Positions 10,828-21,260 of a stretch of 64,000 nucleotides of DNA are shown one piece after another (position 1 is the first letter of the stretch; each line of letters begins with the position of its first letter). The position numbers were made by a program, and so were the translations under genes. The notes under the pieces are model-generated. The model had not been told where the DNA came from. It saw nothing but the letters and a program-made list of their open reading frames with translations, and made no database searches. The stretch is from Carpediemonas membranifera BICM. Taxonomy: Eukaryota; Protista; Fornicata. Location: the NCBI GenBank assembly GCA_019828565.1, contig JAHDYR010000067.1:170723-234722 (forward strand), in the 5' to 3' direction.

Positions 10828-10909
10828 CAGGAATTTCCCTTATCCAATCAGGGAATTTCCTCGGGGGAAAGCCCGAGGAAATTCCCCTACCCAATAAGGG
10901 AAATTCCTG
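10828..10909. mobile_element. 82-bp hairpin MITE-like insertion
   Basis: Arms CAGGAATTTCCCTTAT...GGGAATTTCCTCGGG are inverted; flanked by CAC on both sides. Confidence 0.7.
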
Positions 10910-11217
10910 CACCCTGGACAGTATGTGCGGTGTATTGGCGGCCAAACTGCTTGTATATAAGATCGACGACCTCGTCAAGAAAGTAGTCGCTCTGAGGGAG
11001 TATCTTGGTAATGTAGGCCTTCACCTCACTTGAGCGCTGTCTTCGTTCTCTCCTTAGGCTTCTCCTGGCGACCTTCCTTGATAATACGACTGATGTTCGT
11101 CTTCGAACCAGCCTTCCATGTGCTATTGCATAAATGAACGATTTCACTGACAGGTGTTCCGTAATCGTGCTCTCTGTGGATGAAGGCCACCATCTCAAGT
11201 GGATATACCATCTCCAA
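10910..11217 (-). pseudogene. Truncated IS630/Tc1-like transposase N-terminus (HTH domains)
   Basis: Two frames give PVSEIV..NISRIIK and YFLDEVVDLIYKQFGRQYTAHTV; no DDE domain follows. Confidence 0.6.
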
Positions 11218-11227
11218 TTTTAGACCT

Positions 11228-11310
11228 TGTGCGTTAATTAGGGAAGTAATTTAGTGGGGACGACACCCATGTGTCGACTTTGGCTTTTGTAAAACTATTG
11301 TTCTCTCACA
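11228..11310. mobile_element. Solo LTR (83 bp)
   Basis: TG...CA ends, ACCT duplicated on both sides, internal CGACAC-N4-GTGTCG hairpin shared with other LTRs. Confidence 0.85.
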
Positions 11311-11425
11311 ACCTTTTGCCAGACTGCACAATGACTCACATCATACTTTTCAAAAGGTCTATTTTTCATTTAACGGGCAATCTGTAGTGGCCATATTTAA
11401 GCTCCAATAAATTCCCAATCACACC

Positions 11426-12463
11426 GTGGTGATCACAAGTGCGATGGATAGGAGGAGACGTGTGTTCTCAATCGGTGAAAGAGAAGCGATCAGAGCTGCT
11501 GGAGAACGACTAGGGCCAACTGCAGCGGCGAAAGAGTTCGATCTGCCGCTTCAAACTGTCAAGGGCATTATATACAGGAACAGAGACGGAAAACAACGAG
11601 GACCAGCAAGGAACGAAGGGCTTTATGGACAGGTACGCGAGACTATGTTGAACAAACGCGGAAATCTCAAGCTCCTTCATCTACAGTACAACGCCGAGAT
11701 GGGAAGCTCAGTGCCGAGGACGACATTCGCCCGCTGCCTCGCTGAGGCTCGCCTCTCTGTCCGCTGTGGGTCCAAAGGAGCCAAGTGCATGCGACGAGAA
11801 GACTGGGTTGAGGTAGCCAGGATGAGAGCCAAGTACATCACTCACGTTGGGCAGGTTCTAGTGCACGACGAGAGCATGTTCACCTGGAGGGGCATCAGAG
11901 ACATCACTGACAAGGTGGTGGCTCCAACTGGGACGAACCAGGTGACAATCCCGCTAGATCGACTGGTAATCCCGACAGTGACGCTTACTGCGCTCATCTC
12001 CGTCGAGGGATTTGTCTTTGGCGATGTCTACGTTGGCACGAAGGGCGCTATCAACGGAGAACGATTCAAGAGGATCCTGCAGAGCGCTAGTGACGTTATT
12101 TATCCATATCCTGGCAAGCATTCGGTCATTATCACCGATAACGCGAGCTTTCATGACCGCGATGCAATGCAAGAGATTGTTGATGGCTTTGGCTGCATGG
12201 TTATATGGACTCCGCCCAATGAATCCACTGTTAGTCCCATCGAAGAAGCGTTCGGGCACCTTAAGGCAACAGTGAACGAAGAGGCCGCAAAGGCGATTAT
12301 TGGGGGCAAAATACGCTGGACTGCTGAGCAAGTGAGCGAAGTCATCCTCAGGCACGCATTCTCACAGCCTGCGCATCGTTTTCCTCGCTTGTTCATGCGT
12401 GCTGGCATTTCTGCCACGACTGACTGGTCCTACTGGGATAGATCAGCATATGGCAAGCTATAA
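11426..12463 (+). CDS. IS630/Tc1 family transposase, DD34E
   Basis: N-terminal HTH, VHDES, TDNASFH and SPIEEAF; 34 residues between D2 and E. Confidence 0.9.
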   Translation: MVITSAMDRRRRVFSIGEREAIRAAGERLGPTAAAKEFDLPLQTVKGIIYRNRDGKQRGPARNEGLYGQVRETMLNKRGNLKLLHLQYNAEMGSSVPRTTFARCLAEARLSVRCGSKGAKCMRREDWVEVARMRAKYITHVGQVLVHDESMFTWRGIRDITDKVVAPTGTNQVTIPLDRLVIPTVTLTALISVEGFVFGDVYVGTKGAINGERFKRILQSASDVIYPYPGKHSVIITDNASFHDRDAMQEIVDGFGCMVIWTPPNESTVSPIEEAFGHLKATVNEEAAKAIIGGKIRWTAEQVSEVILRHAFSQPAHRFPRLFMRAGISATTDWSYWDRSAYGKL

Positions 12464-12467
12464 ATGT

Positions 12468-13346
12468 TTATTCCTCTCTTGCTAGCAGCCTGTCAATGGC
12501 CTTGAGCGTCTCTTGCCGAACTGCCGGATCATCTAAGCGTTTGAGGCTTCCACTCGTTCTTCTGACGAGTATGTGAGCATGGATCTCCATGACTAGAGAG
12601 TAAACGTCTCCATACGTGGCAAAAGGGTAGATTCCGGAAGAATCCATTGTTGTTGGCATGTGAGAAGGATCTGACAACTCCTGAGACAGAGTTGAGTCGA
12701 GCGGCTGACTGATGGTTAGATGGCGTCCTGGCAGCAGCACACGGTCACCTGAGGAGAATATCTGAGCTTGGTTCTCTTCCGAAGACTGTGCCCCTCGCTC
12801 GGGACGCTGCTCTTCGTCGAAGGTTATGACGTCATTGCTGTCGTGCTCCTTGGCGACACGAGACCAGAAACTTGCCGTGACAACAACAGCGTAAAGGGTG
12901 ATGGATGCTTGCCCCTGCTCTGCCGCCTGGAGTAAATACTCGATCCAATCATCGGCGGTAAGAATGGCGTGGTTCGGGCTGTGATGAAACAGCAGTACTG
13001 AAGACCCACAGTGTCGCTGTGCCTTCAGGTAGACGTTGCGAGGGTTCAGTACATCCGCTGGGGAGAGAGAGAAGGTTGTATCACCTCTCTTGCCCAGTTT
13101 GACGGATGTGAACATGACGAATGCGTAATCATTATCTTTGAAGTTGGCAAAAGCGGACTTCTTGCCATTTCTCTTCAGAAGTGGTACTCCGGCTAGGCTT
13201 CCTACCTTCAGAGCAACAATGAGGTCACGTTGAACGGACAGAAGCTGTTCCTCGCTGAATGACACCTCTCTTCGCATCGAAAGGCTCCCCTCGCTGCTAT
13301 GAACCTTCCACTGCTGTATCGACGGAGCTGTGACTGGCTGTGACAT
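12468..13346 (-). CDS. Accessory protein of the DD34E element, unknown function
   Basis: Intact 292-aa ORF inside the TIRs, convergent with the transposase, with stop codons 4 bp apart. Confidence 0.75.
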   Translation of the reverse strand: MSQPVTAPSIQQWKVHSSEGSLSMRREVSFSEEQLLSVQRDLIVALKVGSLAGVPLLKRNGKKSAFANFKDNDYAFVMFTSVKLGKRGDTTFSLSPADVLNPRNVYLKAQRHCGSSVLLFHHSPNHAILTADDWIEYLLQAAEQGQASITLYAVVVTASFWSRVAKEHDSNDVITFDEEQRPERGAQSSEENQAQIFSSGDRVLLPGRHLTISQPLDSTLSQELSDPSHMPTTMDSSGIYPFATYGDVYSLVMEIHAHILVRRTSGSLKRLDDPAVRQETLKAIDRLLAREE

Positions 13347-13493
13347 GGGTGCTTATACAATGATCCAAATCACAATTTTGGGGAGCTTAAATATGGGCAC
13401 TACAGAATATATAATTACCCTCAACATATTGCGCTCCTCAGTAAAAATGACCGAATTTGAGTCGATTGATGCGGACAATATTGAACGCAAGAA

Positions 13494-14471
13494 ATGGCTG
13501 TAACGGCAGAAGCACGAGCACAGATTGTACGTTTATATCAAGCTAACATGAAGAAGGTTGTTATACAGAAAGTTATGGCGGGGAACGGCGTCGCCATCAG
13601 TGCCAAGACCATATATCGTATTATCAGAGACCACGAGGCTAGTGTGAATGGCAACAAGACAAGTACTGAACCGAATAAGCGTATATCTAAGCGAGCGCGC
13701 AACCATCGGCAGCTGGTTACCCTTGTGCGCCGTAAGCTTGACCTTGACGAACCATTTCACGCCAAGACCCTCGCAGAGGAGCTGGCCACGGTCTCACATG
13801 AACATATGAGCGGTGAGACCATTCGGCGCGAGCTGAAAAACATGGGACTGTCCTATAAAGTGGGCGACAAGCAGTTTCAGGAGAGTGACGATCAGCGCGT
13901 TCGCGATTACTGGGCGTACTACGCCACGTACATCAGACCTAACCACTCCATCAAGGACATTATGTTCCTAGATGAGTCCTCGTTCGACAGTCATGAGGTT
14001 CGGGGCAAGAGCTGGCTTCCGAAGGGTCGACACGTCGTGAAGGTCTCCGGCAAGACGTACGGCAAGCGCATGTCGGTTTGCGCCCTTCTAGGCATCGAGG
14101 GCATGGTCTGCCGCACGTTCACCACTGGCACTTATAAGGCCGACGATTTCTTCTCCTCCCTCGAGAGATTCTGCGAGGTCATCAAGGACAAGAACAGAGT
14201 TCTGGTACTCGACAACGCTCGGTCTCACAAGAATACCGACAAGGAGCTCTGGGCGCGACTGGCGAACACCTACAACATCGACTTCGTCTTCCTCCCGGGG
14301 TACTCTCCCCAACTCAACCCCATCGAGAGAGTCTTCGGGATTGTCAAGGCAAACATCGCCAGGTACAAGCCCAAGGGTGAGAGGCACACGGCGCATGTCA
14401 TTCGTGCGATGGACGAGGCTCACAAGTCCATTGACATCCCCGCACTTTACCGCTCCTGCGGCTACTACTGA
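13494..14471 (+). CDS. IS630/Tc1 family transposase, DD37E
   Basis: FLDES, LDNARSH and LPGYSPQLNPIE; 37-residue D-E spacing. Confidence 0.93.
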   Translation: MAVTAEARAQIVRLYQANMKKVVIQKVMAGNGVAISAKTIYRIIRDHEASVNGNKTSTEPNKRISKRARNHRQLVTLVRRKLDLDEPFHAKTLAEELATVSHEHMSGETIRRELKNMGLSYKVGDKQFQESDDQRVRDYWAYYATYIRPNHSIKDIMFLDESSFDSHEVRGKSWLPKGRHVVKVSGKTYGKRMSVCALLGIEGMVCRTFTTGTYKADDFFSSLERFCEVIKDKNRVLVLDNARSHKNTDKELWARLANTYNIDFVFLPGYSPQLNPIERVFGIVKANIARYKPKGERHTAHVIRAMDEAHKSIDIPALYRSCGYY

Positions 14472-14500
14472 TTAAACGTGATTGAAGGTTCTAAGCAAGT

Positions 14501-15057
14501 TTATTCGGACTGGACTCTCGCAATCTCCCCCAAGTCCTGAGACATTGGGGCCTCGGGCGGCTGGGCGAGAAGGCGAAAAACCTCCATGACCCTTTCCGCG
14601 GGGACCTTCACGAAGCGCTGCTGCTCTCTCTGATGCAGAGCACCGATGGGCCCTGCACTCTGACCTTGGGATGTCGGTGCGTAGGTCGGAGTGGCGGGGG
14701 AGCAAAGGCCCATCGGTGGTTCGGCCATACTGGCGTTGCCTAGCTGAGATCGGATGAAGGAAACTTACCACTTAGCACTGATACCGCCCATGACGCCACG
14801 CGGTCAACAGGAAGCTCCTTCGCAACTTGATTGTGCTCAACGAGATCTTGCATCACGCTGAGCACAGTCCTGTTGTCCTCGCGGCTGTGCCGGACCCGCA
14901 GTTTAGCGTTATGGGGTTTTGCCTTTTTCGCCACAATAGGGTTCATTGGAGTAAACACTTTTCCGCCTTTGCTTTGTTTCGCCACACGGCTAACTAAGTG
15001 TTTGAAGGGGCAACTTGCTCTATTATGGCCATTACGGCTGCATATTCCACATGCCAT
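14501..15057 (-). CDS. CCHC zinc-knuckle accessory protein; exons 15057-14769 and 14739-14501
   Basis: CGICSRNGHNRASC; a 29-nt GTAAGT..AG intron (14768-14740) joins the two ORFs in frame; the homolog at 51005 has an intron at the same position. Confidence 0.85.
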
Positions 15058-15196
15058 GTCAACTGGAGCCTTATAGGGAAAGCAGTGCAAAGGTTCCAAA
15101 AAATGCTCGGGTAAGTTCGGTCATTTTTACTGAGGAGCGCAATATATAATCCCCTGATCTCGATACGGTCAACCAATACGCCTTACAGGCCTTTTC

Positions 15197-15514
15197 ATGA
15201 GAGCGGAGTTGGTGTCACACCGTCTGAGGAGGTTCCATCGATCCTTCCTAACTGAGGAGGAGATATCTAAGCTCGCCAAGTTTGATGATGATGATGAATT
15301 ATACGTTGTCGAATCTGTAGTGAGCCATTCCACCGATGAGGACGGGAACATCGTTTTCAGACTACGCTGGAGCGGTTACGAGCCTGAAGAAGATACTTAT
15401 CAGTGCTATGATGAGGATGTCAGAGGAAACGAACAAGTTGAGTCGTATATCGACGCACACAAGTTGCGCGGCAAGCTCTTTGGAGAAGAGTGTTGTGATT
15501 TCGTAATCAGTTGA
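15197..15514 (+). pseudogene. Ty3/gypsy integrase C-terminal chromodomain remnant
   Basis: SHRLRRF followed by YVVESVVSH..FRLRWSGYEPEEDTY. Confidence 0.7.
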
Positions 15515-15768
15515 TTTGTATTTAGTGTGTGTGTTTAATCTAAATGAAGTACCATCATTCGCGTGTTTCACACCAAAGCGTGTCTGACAAACTCTCGTAT
15601 ATCGGGTAGGGGGTACCGGCAGTTGAGGGTCAAAAACGTCCTCATAGTGTGAAGCGAACTGTTTATAGGTAAACCGTCTAAAGGTAAAAATGGTCTAAAC
15701 TACCGTGACACTACCCTCTCTTTGGAAGAAAACCCCTCCTGGGGAGCAAAAGAAACCAAAGAGGGACC

Positions 15769-17811
15769 TTAAACGTAATTAGCAAGGTTCTTACGGGCCT
15801 TCCGAGCACGGCGCTTAACCTCTTCGACGTGGGACACAGACCTTAGGTGCTGTTCCGTGCGTTCATCATAGTTTTTCCACTTAATGGTCACCATACCGGT
15901 TTTCCAGTCGATCTTCTCGATCTTTTCGATCTCAAACTGTTCCTTATCGGATTCGGCTAATTGCTTCATTTGAGTCTCTTCAAGATCTGTCTCAAATGGC
16001 ATCAGTTTGTCGACGTGGGTAACTCTAATGTCTCCTGTGACAATAGATTGCAGCTTCACCTTATGGTTCGGCAGTACCTCGTGAATCTTCCACGGGCCTC
16101 TGTTCTGGCAGTCGAGCTTCTTGGGGTTTTCATGTTTCCATAGGACATAGTCACCTACTTCTACCCCCTTCGTCTCGATCTGGCTCCTGGCGGATGTGCC
16201 TTCCCTTACGTAGTCTTCCAGTGTCCTTAGGACCTCCTGGAGAGATTGCTTGAACTCAACAATCCTCTTGTCGCCCCACTCTGCCCCGTCCCACTCAGTG
16301 GAAAATAGGTTGTGAGGCTGACCGAATATTAATTCATGAGGGGAGAACTGCGTAGCAGTGTGTGTCGTGCCATTAAGTATCATTTGAACGGTTGGCACCA
16401 ATGTTGCCCACTCGTCTCGGCTCGCAATAGCGAGGACCATCCACCTTAAGTGGCGACCAATCTCTGCATTTCTCCTCTCCACCAGCCCATTACTCTGGGG
16501 GTGATATGGGATCGTGAAGTGCCGAAGCACCTTCAGCTCCGTGAGCATCGCGTCCAGTATGGAGTTTGCGTATTCCGGACCCCCATCAGATTGGAGTTCG
16601 AGAGGGACACCGTATCTCGTAAAGACTCGGTCCCATAGGGCCTGTGAAACTGTGCGTGCGTCATCGCTGGCTACGGGGATAAGCTCCGTATACCTAGTGA
16701 ACATGTCAACTGCTGTGACGATGCATCGTGCCCCCAGATTATCCAAGGGCAGTGGTCCAATGGTGTCCACAGCCACGGTCTCCCATGGCTTGCCTCTAAG
16801 GCTGGATCCTGCTTCGACCTCAATGTAGTTTCTTATTCTCGACTTGAGGCAGATCGGGCACCGCTTAACGGTTCGTCTGACATCATTCAGCATGCTAGGC
16901 CAAAAACCCATCTTCTTCAGCATCTGATACGTGGCATTTGAGCCAGTGTGGAATTGATGTGCCAACTGCAGGAAGGTGTCGCGTAGCTTACCGTCCGGGA
17001 TGATCGGGACTCCTTGTACGAAGTACGTAGAGTCCACCAGGGTGCAGCCGTCTAGGCCTTCCCAACCGATCCTATGTTCCTCAGGGAGGCTGGCCTGGGC
17101 CTCGCTGATATCCCATAGGGACGGTCTCACCTCGCTCTCCTCTGCTTCTAGCAGATTTAAGGAGTGTGAGTCCCGGCAGGTGCTCTGCACCCGCGACAGC
17201 ATATCTGCCATGACGTTAGCGTTACCAGATATATGACTAATGGTGAACGTGTAGTCCGATAGGACGGTAACCCAGCGAAGGAGCTTCTTTGATAGCTCTT
17301 TCCTCTGTAGTAAATATACCAAGTTGCGGTGATCCGTATGAATCTGGATATCATCCTTCAACCTAAAGAGTTGGGCCATATCGGGCCGCGTCAGGCAGTA
17401 TATGATCGCATGAAGCTCTTGTTCATACGTGGGCCACCTGGACTGGGTGGCACTGTGGCTCTTAGAGAACAGTGAGACGAGTTCCCGGTTACCGGACTCG
17501 TCCTCCTGGACTAAAATACCCCCGAGTCCTTCGTTAGACGCGTCCGTCTCAAGGATCCATTTCTTAGAAAGGTCGGGGAAACTCAGGATCAAGTCGGATG
17601 ATAGCCGTTCCTTGAAAGCTTCGAAAGCTTCATCCTGCTCTTGGGTCCAGGTGATCAGCTGTTGATCTTTTGACGCTTTAAGCATGTCATTAAGCGGCTT
17701 TTAGGAGGCGCGACGCGTCCGATACGAACTGCGCGACATAGTTAAATGATCCTAGAGTGCGCTGAAGCTGCTTCGGAGTTTCCGGTCTGGGGATGGCTCT
17801 TACGGCATCTA
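15769..17811 (-). CDS. Element A pol: RNase H, integrase and chromodomain-like tail
   Basis: TDASN, TDHRNL, HHCC, VDTIGP, SDGG, NGLVER, IKWKNY; two 1-nt shifts near 17700 and 17820. Confidence 0.92.
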
Positions 17812-19406
17812 CCCTCTCGGGGAAAGTTGCTTCCCTTTTTCTGAGATAATATATCCCACGGCCTCGATGTGATCTGTACCAATTACACATTTTGGGCCCT
17901 TCAGACGTAGTCTATACTCCTTGCAGATGTCAAAGACTTTCTCGAGGATCTCTAAGAACTCCTCTTCTGTCTTGGCGTAGACCATAAGGTCATCAATGTA
18001 AATGTCAACTCCTTTGTGGAGGACCGGGGCGAACGCCTTTTGCATTGCCTTTTGGAACCTAGAGGGTGCATTGCAGAGCCCAAATGGGCACCGGCGGAAC
18101 TCCATGTAATGGTCCGGTGTGACAAAAGCTGTCTTCGGAATGTCCGTCTCCTCCATGCTCATTTGATAATAGCCCTGCCGTAGGTCAAGAGCCGCAAAAA
18201 TCTTGCATCCAGCTGCCCTATCGACGAACTGACGGAGGTTTGGTAGTGGGAATTTGTCCTTCACTGTATTGGCATTGAGGGCCTTGTAGTCGACACATAG
18301 TCTGATCTTATCTGATCCCTTGTGTCCCTTACGGACAACTACAATGGATGAGCTGAACGGTCCCGATGAGGGTTGGATTATCCCGTCCGCCACTAGGTTC
18401 TCGAGCTCATCATTCACGAGCTCATTTGTTGTCTCAGCGAGGCTTCTAGGCCGCAGCTGGACGAGCTCCTCACGATCTATGAGCTCTATAGACATTTTGT
18501 CCAGGCGAGACCCTTCACTAGGCAGGGTTTCGTCAAAGACCTCTTCGGCCTCAAGAATCTTAGATATGATTTGGTCCCGAATTTTAGATTCGGGGACCGT
18601 TACACCCAAGACTTCCTGGGTGTCACACACGTTGGCTTCTGAATCCAAGTATCGGTGTGCAAAGGGGAGCCACTCATCTTCGTTCGGGTCCGACATAATC
18701 TTCCCCAAGTTGAAGTTTAGGGTCTCGTCCCCAATCAGCCCTAAGGCTCTGAGGACGTCGCATCCAAGGAGTACCTTGAAAGCTTCCCCAGGCAGCACGT
18801 AGTACCGCCACTTGACCCTAATGGGCGCAGCCCCAATATTAGGAAGAATTATCTCCATTTCAGCCACTTGGTCTGTTGTGACAGTGCTGTTATCGCCCAG
18901 GGTTACCATGATGCGTTCCCCTATTGACACGCTGACTGCCTCTTTTGGCAGTTTACGCAACGCCGCCTTGCTCATAAAGCTTCTAGAGGCTCCGGTGTCA
19001 ACAATGAACCGATATTGATTTTCCTTTAATACGGCGGACGTAGTCATAGGGCCTTCAGCGATAGCTGCGAGGTTAGCCTCGGCCTTCCTCTCCTCCAGCC
19101 GATGCTTTGGATGCTGGGGGCAGCGGAAGGACTTGTGCCCGTACTTCTCGCAGATGGGGCAGAAGGGGATCCCGAGCCTATTCTTGATGGGATCTGGGCC
19201 CTTAGGACCCTGGGGAGGCTGTTGAGCCGGCCCCTTGTGGGGGTGACTGGGCTGACCGCCCTGGCGCTGCCAGTTCTTTCTCTTGCCCGTATGGGCTTGA
19301 GGGCGGTCTGTAGGCTGGACATGGCCCAGGGGGGTGAACCCCCGCTTATCGAGGCGCTTGGCTGCCTTCACGGCACACTTGACAACGTCTTCGAACGAGG
19401 TCGCGC
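17809..19406 (-). CDS. Element A gag C-terminus, protease and RT
   Basis: CPICEKYGHKSFRC, VDTGA, LDLRQGY, YIDD. Confidence 0.93.
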
Positions 19407-20067
19407 TGTGGTTCGTTTGACGAACTATGTTTACAAGAGGAGAAGACTCGACACAATGGTGTCGAGGAGAAACTCCTTGACTAACTAATATCATATATAA
19501 ATCTGTGTAATCTTGGGTGAGACCCATGACACTGCCCCTCCATGCCTCAATGAGGCATGACCCCAGACAGCGTGAGCTTTGACGGCTGGCTACTGCCAGT
19601 GGGGGTGAATGTTGGCTCTTGGGGGCCGGTCCTGGTGGGTGCCAACCACCGATCGAGCCCCTTTTTTGCGACCTTGGCGGGGACACAACAAGAAGCACAA
19701 CGACGTGCAAAATAGCACAGCTTACAATCGCGCGGTACCGCTGGGTTAGAAGGATCCTACCATAGGGGTTCTGCCCCTCCTCGGCTTTTCCTCGCCGAAA
19801 ATCGAAATGTGACGTACCTTAAAATGCTTGGGTGCAGGTTATTACCATCCAAGCACAACGATGGTGAAACACCGCCCCTTTCCAACTGTTTGCGCCATTA
19901 ATCAGGTTGGTGCTGAAAATGGCATTTTCAGGCCTCAACGAGGCCTCTACGGCGAGATACGAGCCTTTTTCTTTGCAGCGTGAATTCACACCACGACTAC
20001 GCTCAGATAGAGCTACTAAACGACTAAACAACATCAAGACAACAATAAAGAGATCATAACTCCATGT

Positions 20068-21217
20068 TTGAGCGGCTTTCCATTCGGGATTGGGATGTTT
20101 CATTTTGCACCAATCTTGGTGCAAATGGTGACGGAACATTTGGGGGAATTGGCGCGGTTGCTGCAGCTAGTAGCTTCTGAGGAATCTGATGATCCTCGAA
20201 TGCGTTCTCTGCAGCGCCGTTGTGCAACATTGGGCTCCGACATCCAAAATCTGCGATCGTCACGCGTAGCGCCGGGCAACAGGAGGCGCAAGAGGCTTGT
20301 GCGCCGTCCCGTGTGTCACTTAGAGCCCGCTTCGTCGGTAGACGAGAGCTCGAACGATGACAGCGAAGAAGACGAATCGCCGACTTCTTCGGGCGATGCC
20401 CCGGGGAATGACAGCTCCCCAACGCTGCCAGACGGCCAGCCCGAAGCCAACCAGCCTGCTGACGTGACTACTACGGTTCGCCAGCTCTCCCACGCCTCAG
20501 GAACGGACGTTTCGGACTTGAACCGGCTGGTCCATCGGCTGTTGGGCGAGCACGCCCATTCGATTGCTCTAACACTCACCCCGCTTATGAATTCTCTCCG
20601 TGAACAGCGGTTCGAGCGTGAGTTCTCCCTCGAAGACGTCGAACGCCAACTTAAGGGTGTTTCTTGTGCGCGTCGCGTGTTGCTCGATCTTCAGGCCTTC
20701 ATGAAACTTGCCCAGGCACTACCTGAACTGGACCTGCATCGCGCCGCCACTTGGCACCATGAGATGGACGCTATCCGACGCAAGCTCCCTGGTAGGGGTG
20801 ACAAGTCCCTCTGCCACCTCCTGGCCTTAGCCGTCTTCCCGGGAGTCTATGGTTTTGCTTCAAGAGGCTTGCTACCGGTCCTCTGATATACCGGAGATGG
20901 AGAAGCGATTCCGCTTGGTCATGCGGGTATTCAAAGCCCATCCACAGTGGGTACCGGTACTCATGACTACGGGCGACGGAGGGCTCCAGTTCACTGATGA
21001 GCTCCGTACTTATCGACTGGAACGAGTTGTTGGCAGTCGCAATGGCCCGGGTGGTCGACTCCTCACGTTGAAATGGGAAGACTACAGGTTTGTGACACGG
21101 TCGTACCCGACGCCGGAGTTGCTAGAATTGCCTGAAGTGGTAGCGCACCTTGCTCGTCACGGGGTTGAACCGCGCAGTACTGGACCTGCCTTCGCTGGTC
21201 GGGGCCGCCGACTCTAA
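20068..21217 (+). CDS. Antisense accessory ORF of B1 (1-nt shift near 20855)
   Basis: Same as the intact 382-aa ORF at 54939-56087. Confidence 0.7.
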
Positions 21218-21260
21218 CAACTAATCAACAATAAATCAGGCGAGATGAGAATAGGAGGGT

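Larger units (their letters stand above)
11382..13405 (+). mobile_element. Two-gene IS630/Tc1-like DD34E transposon
   Basis: 24-bp TIRs CTGTAGTGSCCATATTTAAGCTCC with 1 mismatch; flanked by AAT/AAT. Confidence 0.9.
13429..15142 (+). mobile_element. Two-gene IS630/Tc1-like DD37E transposon
   Basis: Perfect TIRs TTGCGCTCCTCAGTAAAAATGACCGAA flanked by TA. Confidence 0.93.

Noticed and set aside
19407-19710. N-terminus of ORF 17809-19710 and ORF 53871-54581 (MHVVVLL...)
   Set aside because: Read-through of the B LTR and flank into target sequence; a chimeric ORF.
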